Source: Macrostomum lignano (lineage: Eukaryota). Taken from it: a DNA stretch of 64,000 nt. The notes below the pieces were generated by a model. The model saw nothing but the letters and a program-made list of their open reading frames with translations. It searched no databases and was not told the origin of the DNA. This document shows, piece by piece, positions 44,225-56,979 of the stretch (its first letter is position 1; every line of letters begins with the position of its first letter). The stretch spans positions 496,001 to 560,000 of the forward strand of contig NIVC01000385.1 in NCBI GenBank assembly GCA_002269645.1, written 5' to 3'. The position numbers were made by a program, and so were the translations under genes.

Positions 44225-44774
44225 TCGCTCTAAATCTGGTTACTATCACTCTTGTCACTCTCAATCTGGTCATCCTTGATCTAGTAACCATCAATCTAGT
44301 CACTCTCAATCTAGTCACTCTCAATATAGTCACTCTCAATCTAGTCACTCTCAATCTAGTCACTCTCAATCTAGTCACTCTTAATCTAGTCACTTTCAAT
44401 CTAGTCACTCTCAATCTAGTCACTCTCAATCTAGTCACTCTCAATCTAGTCACTCTCAATCTAGTCACTCTTAATCTAGTCACTTTCAATCTAGTCACTC
44501 TCAATCTAGTCACTTTCAATCCAGTCACTCTCAATCTAGTCATTCCCAATCTAGTCACTCTCAATCTAGTCACTCTCAATCTAGTCATGCTCAATCTAGA
44601 CACTCTCAGTTTAGTCACTCTCAATCTTGTCACACTCAAACTAGTCACTCTCAATCTAGTTACTCTCAGTTTAGTCACTCTCAATCTTGTCACACTCAAT
44701 CTAGTCACTCTCAATCTTGTCACACTCAATCTAGTCACTCTCAATCTAGTCACTCTCAATCTAGTCACTTTCAA
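44225..44774 (+). repeat. 15-bp minisatellite (CTAGTCACTCTCAAT), left part
   Basis: Period 15; continues in the same orientation at 46156. Confidence 0.93.
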
Positions 44775-46155
44775 GGGAGTACGAGATCTGCTAGCACGAA
44801 ATCTGCTAGCCGAAGTTTGCTAGCCGAAATCTGCTAGCCGAAGTTTGCTAGCAGGAATTTTGCTAGCAGGAATTTTGCTAGCAGGAATTTTGCTAGCTGC
44901 CTTGCTCTCGTAGCTGTTGCATGTTATTTGCTGTGTTTTGATTTCGATTTGAGCTGCTTTGATTCGTACGAGTAAATATATAACTTATATACCATATACT
45001 GCCACTACCAGCCATTAAGACTGAAAGTTGTGTGTATAGATAAGTTTAAATTTAACTACCTGAACTACAGCTGCCTGAGCTACCTGAACTACGGCCTTAC
45101 AGCTGATAATGCTAAAACATTATCAAATGTTTACGAGTAAAATAGGACAAAAAATATAAATGATTTTGACGATTTCCAAGTGCAGTTTTAGCATATACAG
45201 TACTTTAGCATACAGTAACATACATGTTGGTGTACAGTATCTATAGCTAGATACATGTGTGTCCAAGGTACAATTTACTATAGCTATATGTATTGTTAAT
45301 GTATAGATATTTTCCATCGCTTACGGCACTGTGTACGAGTACAAGCAAAAACTCTATGCAGGTGTGGCCCACAAGCTCTTACCCTGTGATCATGGATGTA
45401 ATATATTTACTTTATTCAATAGCTTGTATATGAACTTTTCAATCCACCTACGTTAAAACCTAAATCTTATTTTCTTTTTGTCTATGACGTCATCTACTGA
45501 TTGCGTTTTAACACGTACATGTACGAGAACCCACGGCGAAGGCTAGGCGGCAGATTAAGTCGTCCAGATTGGACAAGAAAAAATGTCTCTAGCAAATTAC
45601 AACTTCGTAAATTGCTGTTCGCCGGTTTTGGTTAGATTATCGCTAGCAGATTTCGGCTAGCAAAATCCTCGCTAGCAAAATTCCTGCTAGCAAACTTCGG
45701 CTAGCAAACTTCGGCTAGCAGATTTCGGCTAGCAAACTTCGGCTAGCAGATTTCGTCTAGCAGATTTCGTCTAGCAGATTTCGGCTAGCAAACTTCGGCT
45801 AGCAGATTTCGTCTAGCAGATTTCGGCTAGCGGATTTCGGCTAGCAAACTTCGGCTAGCACATTTCGGCTAGCACATTTCGGCTAGCACATTTCGGCTAG
45901 CACATTTCAGCTAGCAAACTTCGGCTAGCAGATTTCGGCTAGCACATTTCGGCTAGCGGATTTCGGCTAGCAAACTTCGGCTAGCACATTTCGGCTAGCA
46001 CATTTCGGCTAGCACATTTCGGCTAGCACATTTCAGCTAGCAAACTTCGGCTAGCAGATTTCGGCTAGCACATTTCGGCTAGCACATTTCGGCTAGCACA
46101 TTTCAGCTAGCAAACTTCGGCTAGCAGATTTCCTGCTAGCAAATTTCATAGACCC
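44775..46155. mobile_element. Non-autonomous foldback/MULE-like element with TIRs built of 14-bp subrepeats
   Basis: 9-bp direct repeat CACTTTCAA on both sides (44766-44774, 46156-46164); termini GGGAGTACGAGATCTGCTAGC and reverse complement GGGTCTATGAAATTTGCTAGC (16/21 identical); inverted GCTAGC 14-mer arrays at 44785-44900 and 45640-46140. Confidence 0.7.
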
Positions 46156-46452
46156 CACTTTCAATCTAGTCACTCTCAATCTAGTCACTTTCAATCTAGT
46201 CACTTTCAATCTAGTCACTTTCAATCTAGTCACTCTCAATTTAGGCACTCTCAATCTAGTCACTCTTAATCTAGTCACTCTTAGTCTAGTCACTCTCAAT
46301 ATAGTCACTCTCAATCTAGTCACTCTCAATCTAGTCACTCTCAATCTAGTCACTCTCAATTTAGGCACTCTCAATCTAGTCACTCTTAATCTAGTCACTC
46401 TTAATCTAGTCACTCTCAATCTAGTCACTCTCAATCTAGTCGCACTCAATCT
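46156..46452 (+). repeat. 15-bp minisatellite (CTAGTCACTCTCAAT), right part
   Basis: Same unit and orientation as 44225-44774. Confidence 0.93.
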
Positions 46453-46753
46453 GCCCAAGTCATATAGGACTTATTACCAGTAGCTAGCTGCAACACAACA
46501 TTCAGAATCCCAATCTAGATTACAGGTATTGTTCATCAAAAAATCCCAGTCTAGAGAGGAAGCAAAACAAAAGATGATTGAACAAACTTTAAATTGGTCG
46601 CTAGCTCAAGACATTAGGCATTCAATGTTGAGATGTTTATCTATCAATCCAGGATTTTTTGGCTCAAAACGCGGTCTTCACAAGGAAAAATATGAAACCA
46701 TAACTGGACGCCTCTGTGGGCACGGCACGTTGCATTCTCGTTCGTCCCCTCTC

Positions 46754-49700
46754 TCAGCGATTGCACAACCAAGTAGATGGACACGGCTGGCTAATTACAA
46801 GTGTCAGCTCGGTGGGGAGGATTCTGCAAGCACGACACAAGGAGATGAAGATTCAACAACAGTAGCTACAGCGGGCTGGTGGTTGATATCAGGGAAGATT
46901 AGGATGGAGGTTAGGGTGGAGGTTTTGGGAAGAAGAAAGAAAATGATAGGGGGCCATAGGTCACTCAGTTTCTGTGTTTGAAGGGTGGAATTCAACTGGG
47001 AATTTGAATAGAATCAGATTCTCGTGGACTACTAAAGAACACTGGACTGGAAGTTTCCGTCTGTTTCGAAATTCAAGAAAATTATTCACCTCCCATGATA
47101 TACGAGACACACGGCCATCTTTAGTTCGAAAAATGAATTTCAACTTCGATTTACATGCCGTCAACACGACAGTTGACTAGAAGCCAGCAAGGAGTCAAAG
47201 CTTCATCGTGAAAGTAACCCAGCTTCATCACGAAAGTAACCCAGCTTCATCACGACAGTGACCCAGCTTCATCATGAAAGTAACCCAGCTTCTTCATGAA
47301 AGTAACCCAGCTTCATCACGACAGTGACCCAGCTTCATCGTGAAAGTAACCCAGCTTCATTTAGAAAGTAACCCAGCTTCATCTGGAAAGTAACCCAGCT
47401 TCATCTAGAAAGTAACCCAGCTTCATCTGGAAAGTAACCCAGCTTCATCTGGAAAGTAACCCAGTCTCATCTTGAAAGTAGCCCAGCTTCATCTAGAAAG
47501 TAAGCCAGCTTCATCACGACAGTAACCCAGCCTCATCATGAAAGTAGCCCAGCTTCATCTAAAAAGTAACACAGCTTCATCTAGAAAGTAAGCCAGCTTC
47601 ATCACGACAGTAACCCAGCCTCATTATGAAAGTAACCCAGCTTCATCTGGAAAGTAGCCCAGCTTCATCTAGAAAGTAACCCAGCCTCATCTGGAAAGTA
47701 ACCCAGCTTCATCATGAAAGTAGTCCAGCTTCATCATGAAAGTAACCCAGCTTCTTCATGAAAGTAACCCAGCTTCATCACGACAGTAACCCAGCTTCAT
47801 CATGAAAGTAACTCAGCTTCATCATGAAAGTAACCCAGCTTCATCATGATAGTAACCCAGCCTCATCATGAAAGTAGTCCAGCTTCATCTAGAAAGTAAC
47901 CCAGCCTCATCATGAAAGTAACCCAGCCTCATCTGGAAAGTAACCCAGCCTCATCATGCTTACTTCCCAGGCCTCCAGTCCAGGTCGCTTTTACTGGTCC
48001 AGTGGTCCATGATCTTCGTTTGCGCCACGAAAGGCGGACTGCAGCAACCCGCTTTCCCTGTTTGATTGATTGTGGGAATATTCAAGAGACCGTCCTCCCA
48101 AAAGACAACAACGGCGAAGAAAAATTCCCTTAAAAAATTCAAGATTCTCAGAGCTGATGGATCCCGACTCTTCAGTGTTGCTTTTATCTTTTCTTTCACC
48201 GAATATCTCTGCCTCGAAACTATGGGTGATTCATTGGCGTCAGACTGCTGGCCTGGAATATGTAAATATAGAGATATTATATATGAGTATGATATTGAAG
48301 CATTATGTATGACTCTGACAGTCAAACTAGTCACTCCAGAAACTGTTGCCCCGGCTCTAAAAATAATCGAATTTATATGTGTATTAAGAACTTTGACGGA
48401 CAGGTCTTGGATCGAATGAGAATCTTGAGTGGGAGCACAGCATTTGAGTGGGCGGAGCCGAGCTTCGTTCTGTTGATCATTGAAGTATGCCGAGTCTGAA
48501 GTGGTTGCCGCTTCTCAAACCTTCTCAAGTCCTTTCTTCTTTTCTTAAATATTGTCTCTTTAATATCACCGACTCAGTTACTCATAGCTATAGGCGTTAA
48601 TAATAATCGAAATTTATAAAGCGTTGAGGCAGAAGTTCGCAGTTTAGTAAATTGACATTTGATGCGAATAAATTGATCAATTAAAGGTGTTTTCATGACG
48701 AAGCTGCATTAATTTCATGATGAAGCCGAGTTGCTTTCATGATGAAGCTGGGTTGCTCTCATGATGAAGCTGGGTTGCTTTCATGATGAAGCTGAGTTGC
48801 TCTCATGATGAAGCTGGGTTGCTTTCATGATGAAGCTGAGTTGCTTTCATGATGAAGCTGGGTTGCTTTCATGATGAAGCTGGGTTGCTTTCATGATGAA
48901 GCTGGGTTGCTTTTATGATGAAGCTGAGTTGCTTTCATGATGAAGCTGGGTTGCTTTCATGATGAAGCTGAGTTGCTTTCATGATGAAGCTGGGTTGCTT
49001 TCATGATGAAGCTGGGTTGCTTTCATGATGAAGCTGAGTTGCTTTCATGATGAAGCTGGGTTGCTTTCATGATGAAGCTGGGTTGCTTTCATGATGAAGC
49101 TGGGTTCCTTTCATGATGAAGCTGGGTTGCTTTCATGATGAAGCTGGGTTGCTTTCATGATGAAGCTGAGTTGCTTTCATGATGAAGCTGGGTTGCTTTC
49201 ATGATGAAGCTGGGTTGCTTTCATGATGAAGCTGAGTTGCTTTCATGATGAAGCGGGGTTACTTTCATGATGAAGCTGGGTTGCTTTCATGATGAAGCTG
49301 GGTTGCTTTCATGATGAAGCTGGGTTGCTTTCATGATGAAGCTGGGTTGCTTTCATGACGAAGCTGGACTACTGTCACGATGAAGCTGGGTTACTATCAT
49401 GATGAAGCTGGGTTACTTTCCAGATGAAGATGGGTTGCTTTCTAGATGAAGCTGGGTTACTTTCATGATGAAGCTGCGTTACTTTCATGATGAAGCTGAG
49501 TTACTTTCATGATGAAGCTGGGTTACTTTCCAGATGAAGATGGGTTACTATCATGATGAAGCTGGGTTACTTTCCAGATGAAGATGGGTTGCTTTCTAGA
49601 TGAAGCTGGGTTACTTTCATGATGAAGCTGAGTTACTTTCATGATGAAGCTTTGCAAGTTTAACTTTCGCTGCTTCAAAGCCAACAGTTTCTTCTGTAAG

Positions 49701-49904
49701 ATCAGAAGCTCATTTATCCTTCAATTTCAGTTCCTTACATTCATCAACTTTTTGAGCAATTTTTTGAACTGAGCCCAATGCTTACCCGATAGGACTCAGC
49801 CAAGTGGAACCCGACTCTCTCAGCTGGGGGTGGTCGGGCGACCCCCCACACCGAGCGGCCGCAAACCCAACACCGAACTCAGCCGGCGCTGGCGGCTCCG
49901 CCAT
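46754..49904 (-). CDS. Candidate 3-exon orphan gene (about 193 aa) or spliced lncRNA
   Basis: ATG 49904-49786 |gtaagc; tttttag| 48356-47964 |gtaagc; cttgcag| 46823-46754 (TGA). Phases are consistent (2/2). No recognisable protein family. Confidence 0.35.
47196..47960 (+). repeat. 22-bp minisatellite (GAAAGTAACCCAGCTTCATCAT)
   Basis: Period 22; inverted partner at 48690-49654. Confidence 0.93.
48690..49654 (-). repeat. 22-bp minisatellite (GATGAAGCTGGGTTGCTTTCAT on +), inverted copy of 47196-47960
   Basis: Period 22; reverse-complement match to the left array. Confidence 0.93.
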
Positions 49905-51014
49905 CGAGATAAGGGAAATTGAAGACCTCAAGCTCGATCAGAATTTTTCGAAATTTGAGAAAATAAATTTAACGATATTGGAACTGTGCTAGACGTATAT
50001 ACCTATAGGCTGCCTTATCTCGCTGGGCCACTCGCTAATCATATAGTCCTTACGTAAAGAAAGTTTTAATCGCATTTTTCTTCTTTTGCGCTTTTGAAAA
50101 AAAACTTAAATTTCGGTAATTACTCGAGTGAACTGTATTTCCGGATTTTCCACCTGCCCAAATGTATCAATACTGGCACTTTTATTGGCGTGAAAACATT
50201 CAAACAAATTCTATTAAGCTGTGTGTGTTTTTGATACCTCGTCTTTAAAAAACTCATTTAACCGATAAATTAAATCGATTAAATGAATTTTTTGGTTGAC
50301 TGCGCAGCTCATTTTGGTTTGGTTGAACTTGAAATTCAGCCGCGGGCAAAAAACTGCTGCTAAACCAACTCTGATCTGTCCACACCGAATTCTTATATTT
50401 GATACAGGTACTGCACTCATACACACGCTCACACGGGGTGTACAGCGAACCTTTGACTGTTGAACCAGCTTTGGTTATTACGATAAGTTTAGTAAAATAT
50501 TAATGCACAGGGGATCCACCTGTTGCAGGAAAGAAGCGATTAGCATAGGCTAAAAAATGAACATTTAAGCTGTAAGAGGAAGTTCCCTAAACAATGGACC
50601 ACCATGCTAGAGGCTTGTGTAGCCTATGTCTCACGCAATTTTATTCAATGCGAGATTTATAAGCATTTTTTGTAATCCTCAACTAAGCGCAAGAGGATAT
50701 TTCTGTATCAGTTTTTTCTCCCAACTGGAAACTCTGGACAATCGGTTGCGTGAGATAAAAATCTGTACAGTTATTCTCTTATTGTGACAGCCCGTTTGTG
50801 GCTAACATTTTTAGACAACAAAACATAAGCCCCTATGAATTGTGTGTATATCGAAATGTCGATTTTAAAAACGTTTTGATAATTTGGGTTGAAGTGGCCT
50901 CCTGTTCTTAGCACGCAACAGCTAAGCCGGTTAGATAAGAGTTTTTGATTGGTGTGGGAAAAGTTTTACCAAAGTAGGTGAAAAAGTGGGAAAGATAATG
51001 ATATCGGTAGAGAG

Positions 51015-51548
51015 ACGGAGAGACAAGTGAGGAGACGGGTGGGGAGAAAGGGGGGAGACAGATGGAGGACAGGTGGAGAGACAGGTGGGGAGACAGGTGG
51101 GGAGACAGGTGGGGAGACAGGTGGGGAGACTGGTGGAGAGACAGTGGAGAGACAGGTGGGAAGACAGGTTGGGGAAACAGGTGGGAAGACAGGTGGGGAG
51201 ACAGGTGGAGAGACAGGGGAGAGACAGGTGGGAAGACAGGTTGGGGAGACAGGTGGGAAGACAGGTGGGGAGACAGGTGGAGAGACAGGGGAGAGATAGG
51301 TAGGGAGACAGGTGGGAAGACAGGTGGGGAGACTGGTGGAGAGACAGGGGAGAGACAGGTGGGAAGACAGGTTGGGGAGACAGGGGAGAGACTGTTGGGG
51401 AGACTGGTGGGGAGACAGGTGAGAGACAGGTGGGAAGACAGGTGGGAACACAGGTGGGGAGACAGGTGGGTAAACAGGTGGGTAGACAGGTGGGGAGACA
51501 GGGGAGAGACAGGTGGGTAGACAGGTGGGGATACAGGGGAGAGACAGG
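51015..51548 (+). repeat. 12-13-bp G-rich minisatellite (GACAGGTGGGGA)
   Basis: Tandem units. Confidence 0.9.
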
Positions 51549-52084
51549 TCTTGCAAGATAGAGATGATGTAGAGATTTTAAGCAATAAAAACTATTATTA
51601 GAACCCCAATTAGACTGGCTACCTACTTATATCAGAGCATATAGAACCTGAATCTATTATGTGTAGCAATTTTAAGCGTATGATTACTTACTGTTGTAAT
51701 AATATGATACTTAATAATGACAGGGTCATGCACACGAGTAACCCAGACTCAACTCTCTATTTACCAGTGAGCCGAGCTGACGACAGATCAGGTTACTTAC
51801 TGGTCGAGTTGAAGACGAAGTTGAAACGAAAATTAAATTTCATAAATACATGCCTTGCCACTTTGTCTTCAGCAGGTGCCGATTTAATTAGCTATCGTTA
51901 TAGAATTATGGTTTCAAATTTTTTTATGTCCAAGCGTTCTCTATTGACATAATTTGGCAGGAAGTAACCGTTCTGTGCGTGGCATGAGATATGAATCATG
52001 TGTGTCTTGAGAATAATTCTTTCAAGACAAATCTTTTTATTGTGCACATTTTCTCATCGAAGTAGGATCTTGAAATGTCTGAGA

Positions 52085-53218
52085 ACAGAGATCTGTTGTC
52101 AGATGACTTAGGTCTCTGGTTAGATAAATAAGATCTGTTGTTAGATGATTTAGGTCTGTTGTCAGATGGTTGAGATCTGTTGTCAGATGGTTGAGATCTG
52201 TTGTCAGATGATTGAGATCTGTTGTCAGATGATTTAGGTCTGTTGTCAGATGATTTAGGTCTGTTGTCAGATGATTTAAGCCTGTTGCCAGATGGTTGAG
52301 ATCTGTTGTCAGATGATTGGAATCTGTTGTCAGATGGTCGAGATCTGTTGTCAGATGGTCGAGATCTGTTGTCAGATGATTGGGATCTGTTGTCAGATGA
52401 TTGGGATCTGTTGTCAGATGATTGAGATCTGTTGTCAGATGATTGGGATCTGTTGTCAGATGGTTGAGATCTGTTGTCAGATGGTTGAGATCTGTTGTCA
52501 GAAGATTGAGATCTGTTGTCAGATGATTTAGGTCTGTTGTCAGATGATTTAGGTCTGTTGTCAGATGATTTAAGCCTGTTGCCAGATGGTTGAGATCTGT
52601 TGTCAGATGATTGGAATCTGTTGTCAGATGGTCGAGATCTGTTGTCAGATGGTCGAGATCTGTTGTCAGATGATTGGGATCTGTTGTCAGATGATTGGGA
52701 TCTGTTGTCAGATGATTGAGATCTGTTGTCAGATGATTGGGATCTGTTGTCAGATGATTGAGATCTGTTGTCAGATGATTGGGATCTGTTGTCAGATGAT
52801 TGAGATCTGTTGTCAGATGATTTAAGCCTGTTGTCAGATGGTTGAGATCTGTTGTCAGATGATTTAGGTCTGTTGTCAGATGATTTAAGCCTGTTGTCAG
52901 ATGATTGAGATCTGTTGTCAGATGATTGGGATCTGTTGTCAGATGATTGAGATCTGTTGTCAGATGATTTAAGCCTGTTGTCAGATGGTTGAGATCTGTT
53001 GTCAGATGATTTAGGTCTGTTGTCAGATGATTTAAGCCTGTTGTCAGATGGTTGAGATCTGTTGTCAGATGATTGGGATCTGTTGTCAGATGATTGAGAT
53101 CTGTTGTCAGATGATTTAAGCCTGTTGTCAGATGGTTGAGATCTGTTGTCAGATGATTTAGGTCTGTTGTCAGATGATTTAAGCCTGTTGTCAGATGATT
53201 GAGATCTGTTGTCAGATA
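52085..53218 (+). repeat. 21-bp minisatellite (AGATCTGTTGTCAGATGATTG)
   Basis: Period 21. Confidence 0.95.
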
Positions 53219-54224
53219 GCATGTCTGGGAAGTTAAGTAGTATACTTGTGCTCTTTTAATGCGAATAAGCAAGTGTAATGAAGGAAAAATAACAAAATTT
53301 ACAATAATTTTGGAAAAGCTTGCCTTATGCGAAATACTACTAACAATAGAAATTCGAAAATATGTTAACGCTGTTGCTGCCGATCTCAAATAAAACAATA
53401 TCTAACATATCCGACATTCCTGTGATCACACGGTTGCACTATTTCGGGAGGCTGGATTCGCCATCAGAATAAATTAGATTCCTCTCCCCTCGCCCTAAAA
53501 AGCCGAAGCAACACCCCGATCCAAAAAATTCCTTTGTCGGCGGCACAAAAATCCCACAGGAGAACGAAGGGGGAGGCCGGGGTTGGTGGAGACTCGATCC
53601 TCATCTCTCTCTCTCGCTGCGTGGCAGAAGTGCCAAAGCTACTCAATCAACTCGACAGTTCCGCCCCCTGAGCCTCCATGGACACTTCATCGCGAACCGC
53701 CGTTGCACGAGAAGCCTTTGAGATTGAAGAGAGAGAGAATTTATAAATAGAGCCCGTCTGAGTCATCACGCAAATCTCCTGATATCTGCTAACTAAATCC
53801 GATTGTGCAAAAATAGAAGCACTCACAGAAATATAGACTGGTCTAAAATTAGTAACTAACCTTAGCGCTCTCTTAGCTGACCCACTTTGGAGGAGTCACT
53901 TCAAAGTAAATGTCCAAATCCGCCCACGCAATCCTGACCTGAGCTGATTTCTGTGTGGCATCAGTTCAGATTGTGTTGGTTCAGTCTAGATTTGCATGTT
54001 AGTTTGAGCTGCGTGTATAATTTTCCACTGCTCCTGCTTGATAAGGTGCGCATTATTTGTTTTAGTATTTAGCAGCTTAATCCGTAGCTCAGTTCGTGCT
54101 TGTCTGTGACAATCGTCAAGTTTGATCATATCAGATATTGATAGATAGACGTGCGAGCTGATATCATGTGAACTTATTCAGCCCTCCCTTCTAATATGAC
54201 CTTTTCTTAGGTCATACTTGACCG

Positions 54225-55265
54225 TATGATCCCTGTTGTGTCTCAATGACCCCTGTTGTGTCTCAATGACCCTTGTTGTGTCTCATTTAACCCTGTTGTG
54301 TCTCAAAATAACCCCTGTTGTGTCTCAATGACCCCAGTTGTGTCTCAAAATAACCCCTGTTGTGTCTCAATGACCCCTGCTGTGTCTCAATGACCCCTGT
54401 TGTGTCTCATTGATCCCTTGTTGTGTCTTGTTGACCCCTGTTGTGTCTCAATGACCCCTGTTGTGTCTCAATGACCCCTGTTGTGTCTCAATGACCCCTG
54501 TTGTGTCTCAATGACCCCTGCTGTGTCTCAATGACCCCTGTTGTGTCTCATTGATCCCTTGTTGTGTCTTGTTGACCCCTGTTGTGTCTCAATGACCCCT
54601 GTTGTGTCTCAATGACCCCTGTTGTGTCTCAATGACCCCTGTTGTGTCTCAATGACCCCTGTTGTGTCTCAATGACCCCAGTTGTGTCTCATTTAACCCT
54701 GTTGTGTCCCAATGACCTCTGTTGTGTCTCAATGACCCCTGTTGTGTCTCATTGACCCCTGTTGTGTCTCAATGACCCTTGTTGTGACGCAATGTCCCCT
54801 GTTGTGTCTCATTGATCCCTTGTTGTGTCTTGTTGACCCCTGTTGTGTCCCAATGACCACTGTTGTGTCTCATTGACCCCTGTTGTGTCTCATTGACCCA
54901 TGTTGTGTCCCAATCACCCCCGTTGCGTATAAATGGCTCCTGTTGTGTCTCAATGACCCCTGTTGTGTCTCAATGACCCTTGTTGTGTCTCAATGACCCC
55001 TGTTGTGTTTCAGTGACCCGTGATGTGTCTAAATTATCCTGTTATGCCCTAATGACTCATACTGTTTCTCAATGACCCCTGTTGTGTCTCAATGACCCCT
55101 GTTGTGTCTCATTGACCCCTGTTGTGTCTCAATGAACTCTGTTGTGTCTTATTGACCCCTGTTGTGTCTCAATGACCCCTGTTGTGTCTTATTGACCCCT
55201 GTTGTGTCTCAATGACCCCTGTTGTGTCTCATTGACCCCTGTTGTGTCTCATGTTGTCTCAATGA
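54225..55265 (+). repeat. 20-bp minisatellite (GACCCCTGTTGTGTCTCAAT)
   Basis: Period 20. Confidence 0.93.
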
Positions 55266-55656
55266 CCTCTATTGTCGAAGTCCATTCACTGTCTAGAGTC
55301 TGGATGGTAATGTAAATAATATTTTTTGAATGTCAGAATTAAAGTTCGATAAAAATTAAAATTTTTATCTGGCGCCCACGCGAGTTAATTAAGCATTTCA
55401 GAGCAATATTCCACCCCGCAGTTTGCGTAATAAACAACTAGTTAACCTTTTTTTTAAACAAACTGGCATGTAGGTCGATACACGAAATCAAAATTTGCGT
55501 ACATCTTTTATGCGCAGCTGCAGCGGAGGCTTAACCTAATACGGTGAAAATTTTCCTCTCAGATAAACAAGACTTCCCATCATATTCATACAAGATTTCA
55601 AATTAGAAACTGTAGCTATACATTTTCAGATATATATGATTTCCTTTCAGAACAAT

Positions 55657-56245
55657 AAGATATCTTGTCAGACAACTGAGATATCTTGTCAGACAACTGA
55701 GATATCTTGTCAGACAACTGAGATATCTTGTCAGACAATTAAGATATCTTGTCAGATAATTAAGATATCTTGTCAGATAGTTGTGATATCTAGTCAGACA
55801 ATTAATATATCTTGTCAGATACTTGAGATATCTTGTCAGACAATTAATATATTTTGTCAGATAATTCAGATATCTTGTCAGATAATTAAGACATCTTGTC
55901 AGATAGTTGATATATCTTGTCAGATAATTAAGATATCTTGTCAGATAATTAAGATATATTGTCAGATAGTAGAGATATCTTGTCAGATTGTTGTGATATC
56001 TAGTCAGACAATTAATAATATCTTGTTAGATAGTTGAGATATCTTGTCAGACAATTAATATATCTTGTCAGATCGTTGAGATATCTTGTCAGATAATTAA
56101 TATATATTGTCAGATACTTGAGATATCTTGTCAGACAATTAAGATATCTTGTCAGATACTTGAGATATCTTGTCAGATACTTAAGATATCTTGTCAGATA
56201 GTTGAGGTATCTTGTCAGACAATTAATATATCTTGTGAGATAGTT
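55657..56245 (+). repeat. 21-bp minisatellite (AGATATCTTGTCAGATAATTA)
   Basis: Period 21; related to the 52085-53218 unit. Confidence 0.92.
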
Positions 56246-56979
56246 AAAGTATCGTCAGATCGCCAGATAAAGATTCAATATCAGCTAGAGTCCAACGGGA
56301 GCAAAATTTCAAATCAAAGCACTTTAAACTTTCATTTGAACAAGTTTCCTTATTTAACAGGAGCCGGTAAAAGCAGAACATAAGGCCAGACTTCGTCACC
56401 CTGTGAACCCACTAAAGTCTTGCGCCTTTCTTCCTTATTCGCTGTGCCACCCCCCCCCAGAGTTTGCACCCAGGCGGACTTAGGGGCAATCATCAGCTTT
56501 AGGACACCCGGCTGACTGACTGGGAGAAAGATAGAGTGCGTTTTTTGTGTCTGGGGATCGGCGGAGGGAAGACAGTCGGTGCCGTCATCCTCTCTCTCCC
56601 TTCCCCCCATCTCTCTCTCTCTCTCTCCACTTCCTTTGATCTTTCGCCGACAATCGGCCACTGACCGCGGGTGACACTGCGGCGGTCCGCTTTAATTAGA
56701 GAGGTGGCGGCGCGACCGTTAGTCAGAAAGGGCGGGATTCGCCGACAGAAAGTTTCGCTAAGCCGTTTAAACCCGCCCGCCCCCGCCCAGCTGCTTTTCT
56801 TGCCTATTTAGAATTTTTTCTGGTTAAGAAGCTGTCTGAGATTGTTTTTAGGAGAGTAAAAACTCCTTTAATAAAATAAATATTTGTGTCTTAGCGCACT
56901 TTTCTTCTCTAAATTAATTTTTCAATCGATAACTTTTAAAAATTAGTACCAAATAAAATTAATACAATTATAAAATTAA

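Noticed and set aside
46529-47180. Plus-strand ORFs (150 aa and 68 aa) as a gene or transposase fragment
   Set aside because: No domain motifs and no consistent splice chain on the plus strand.
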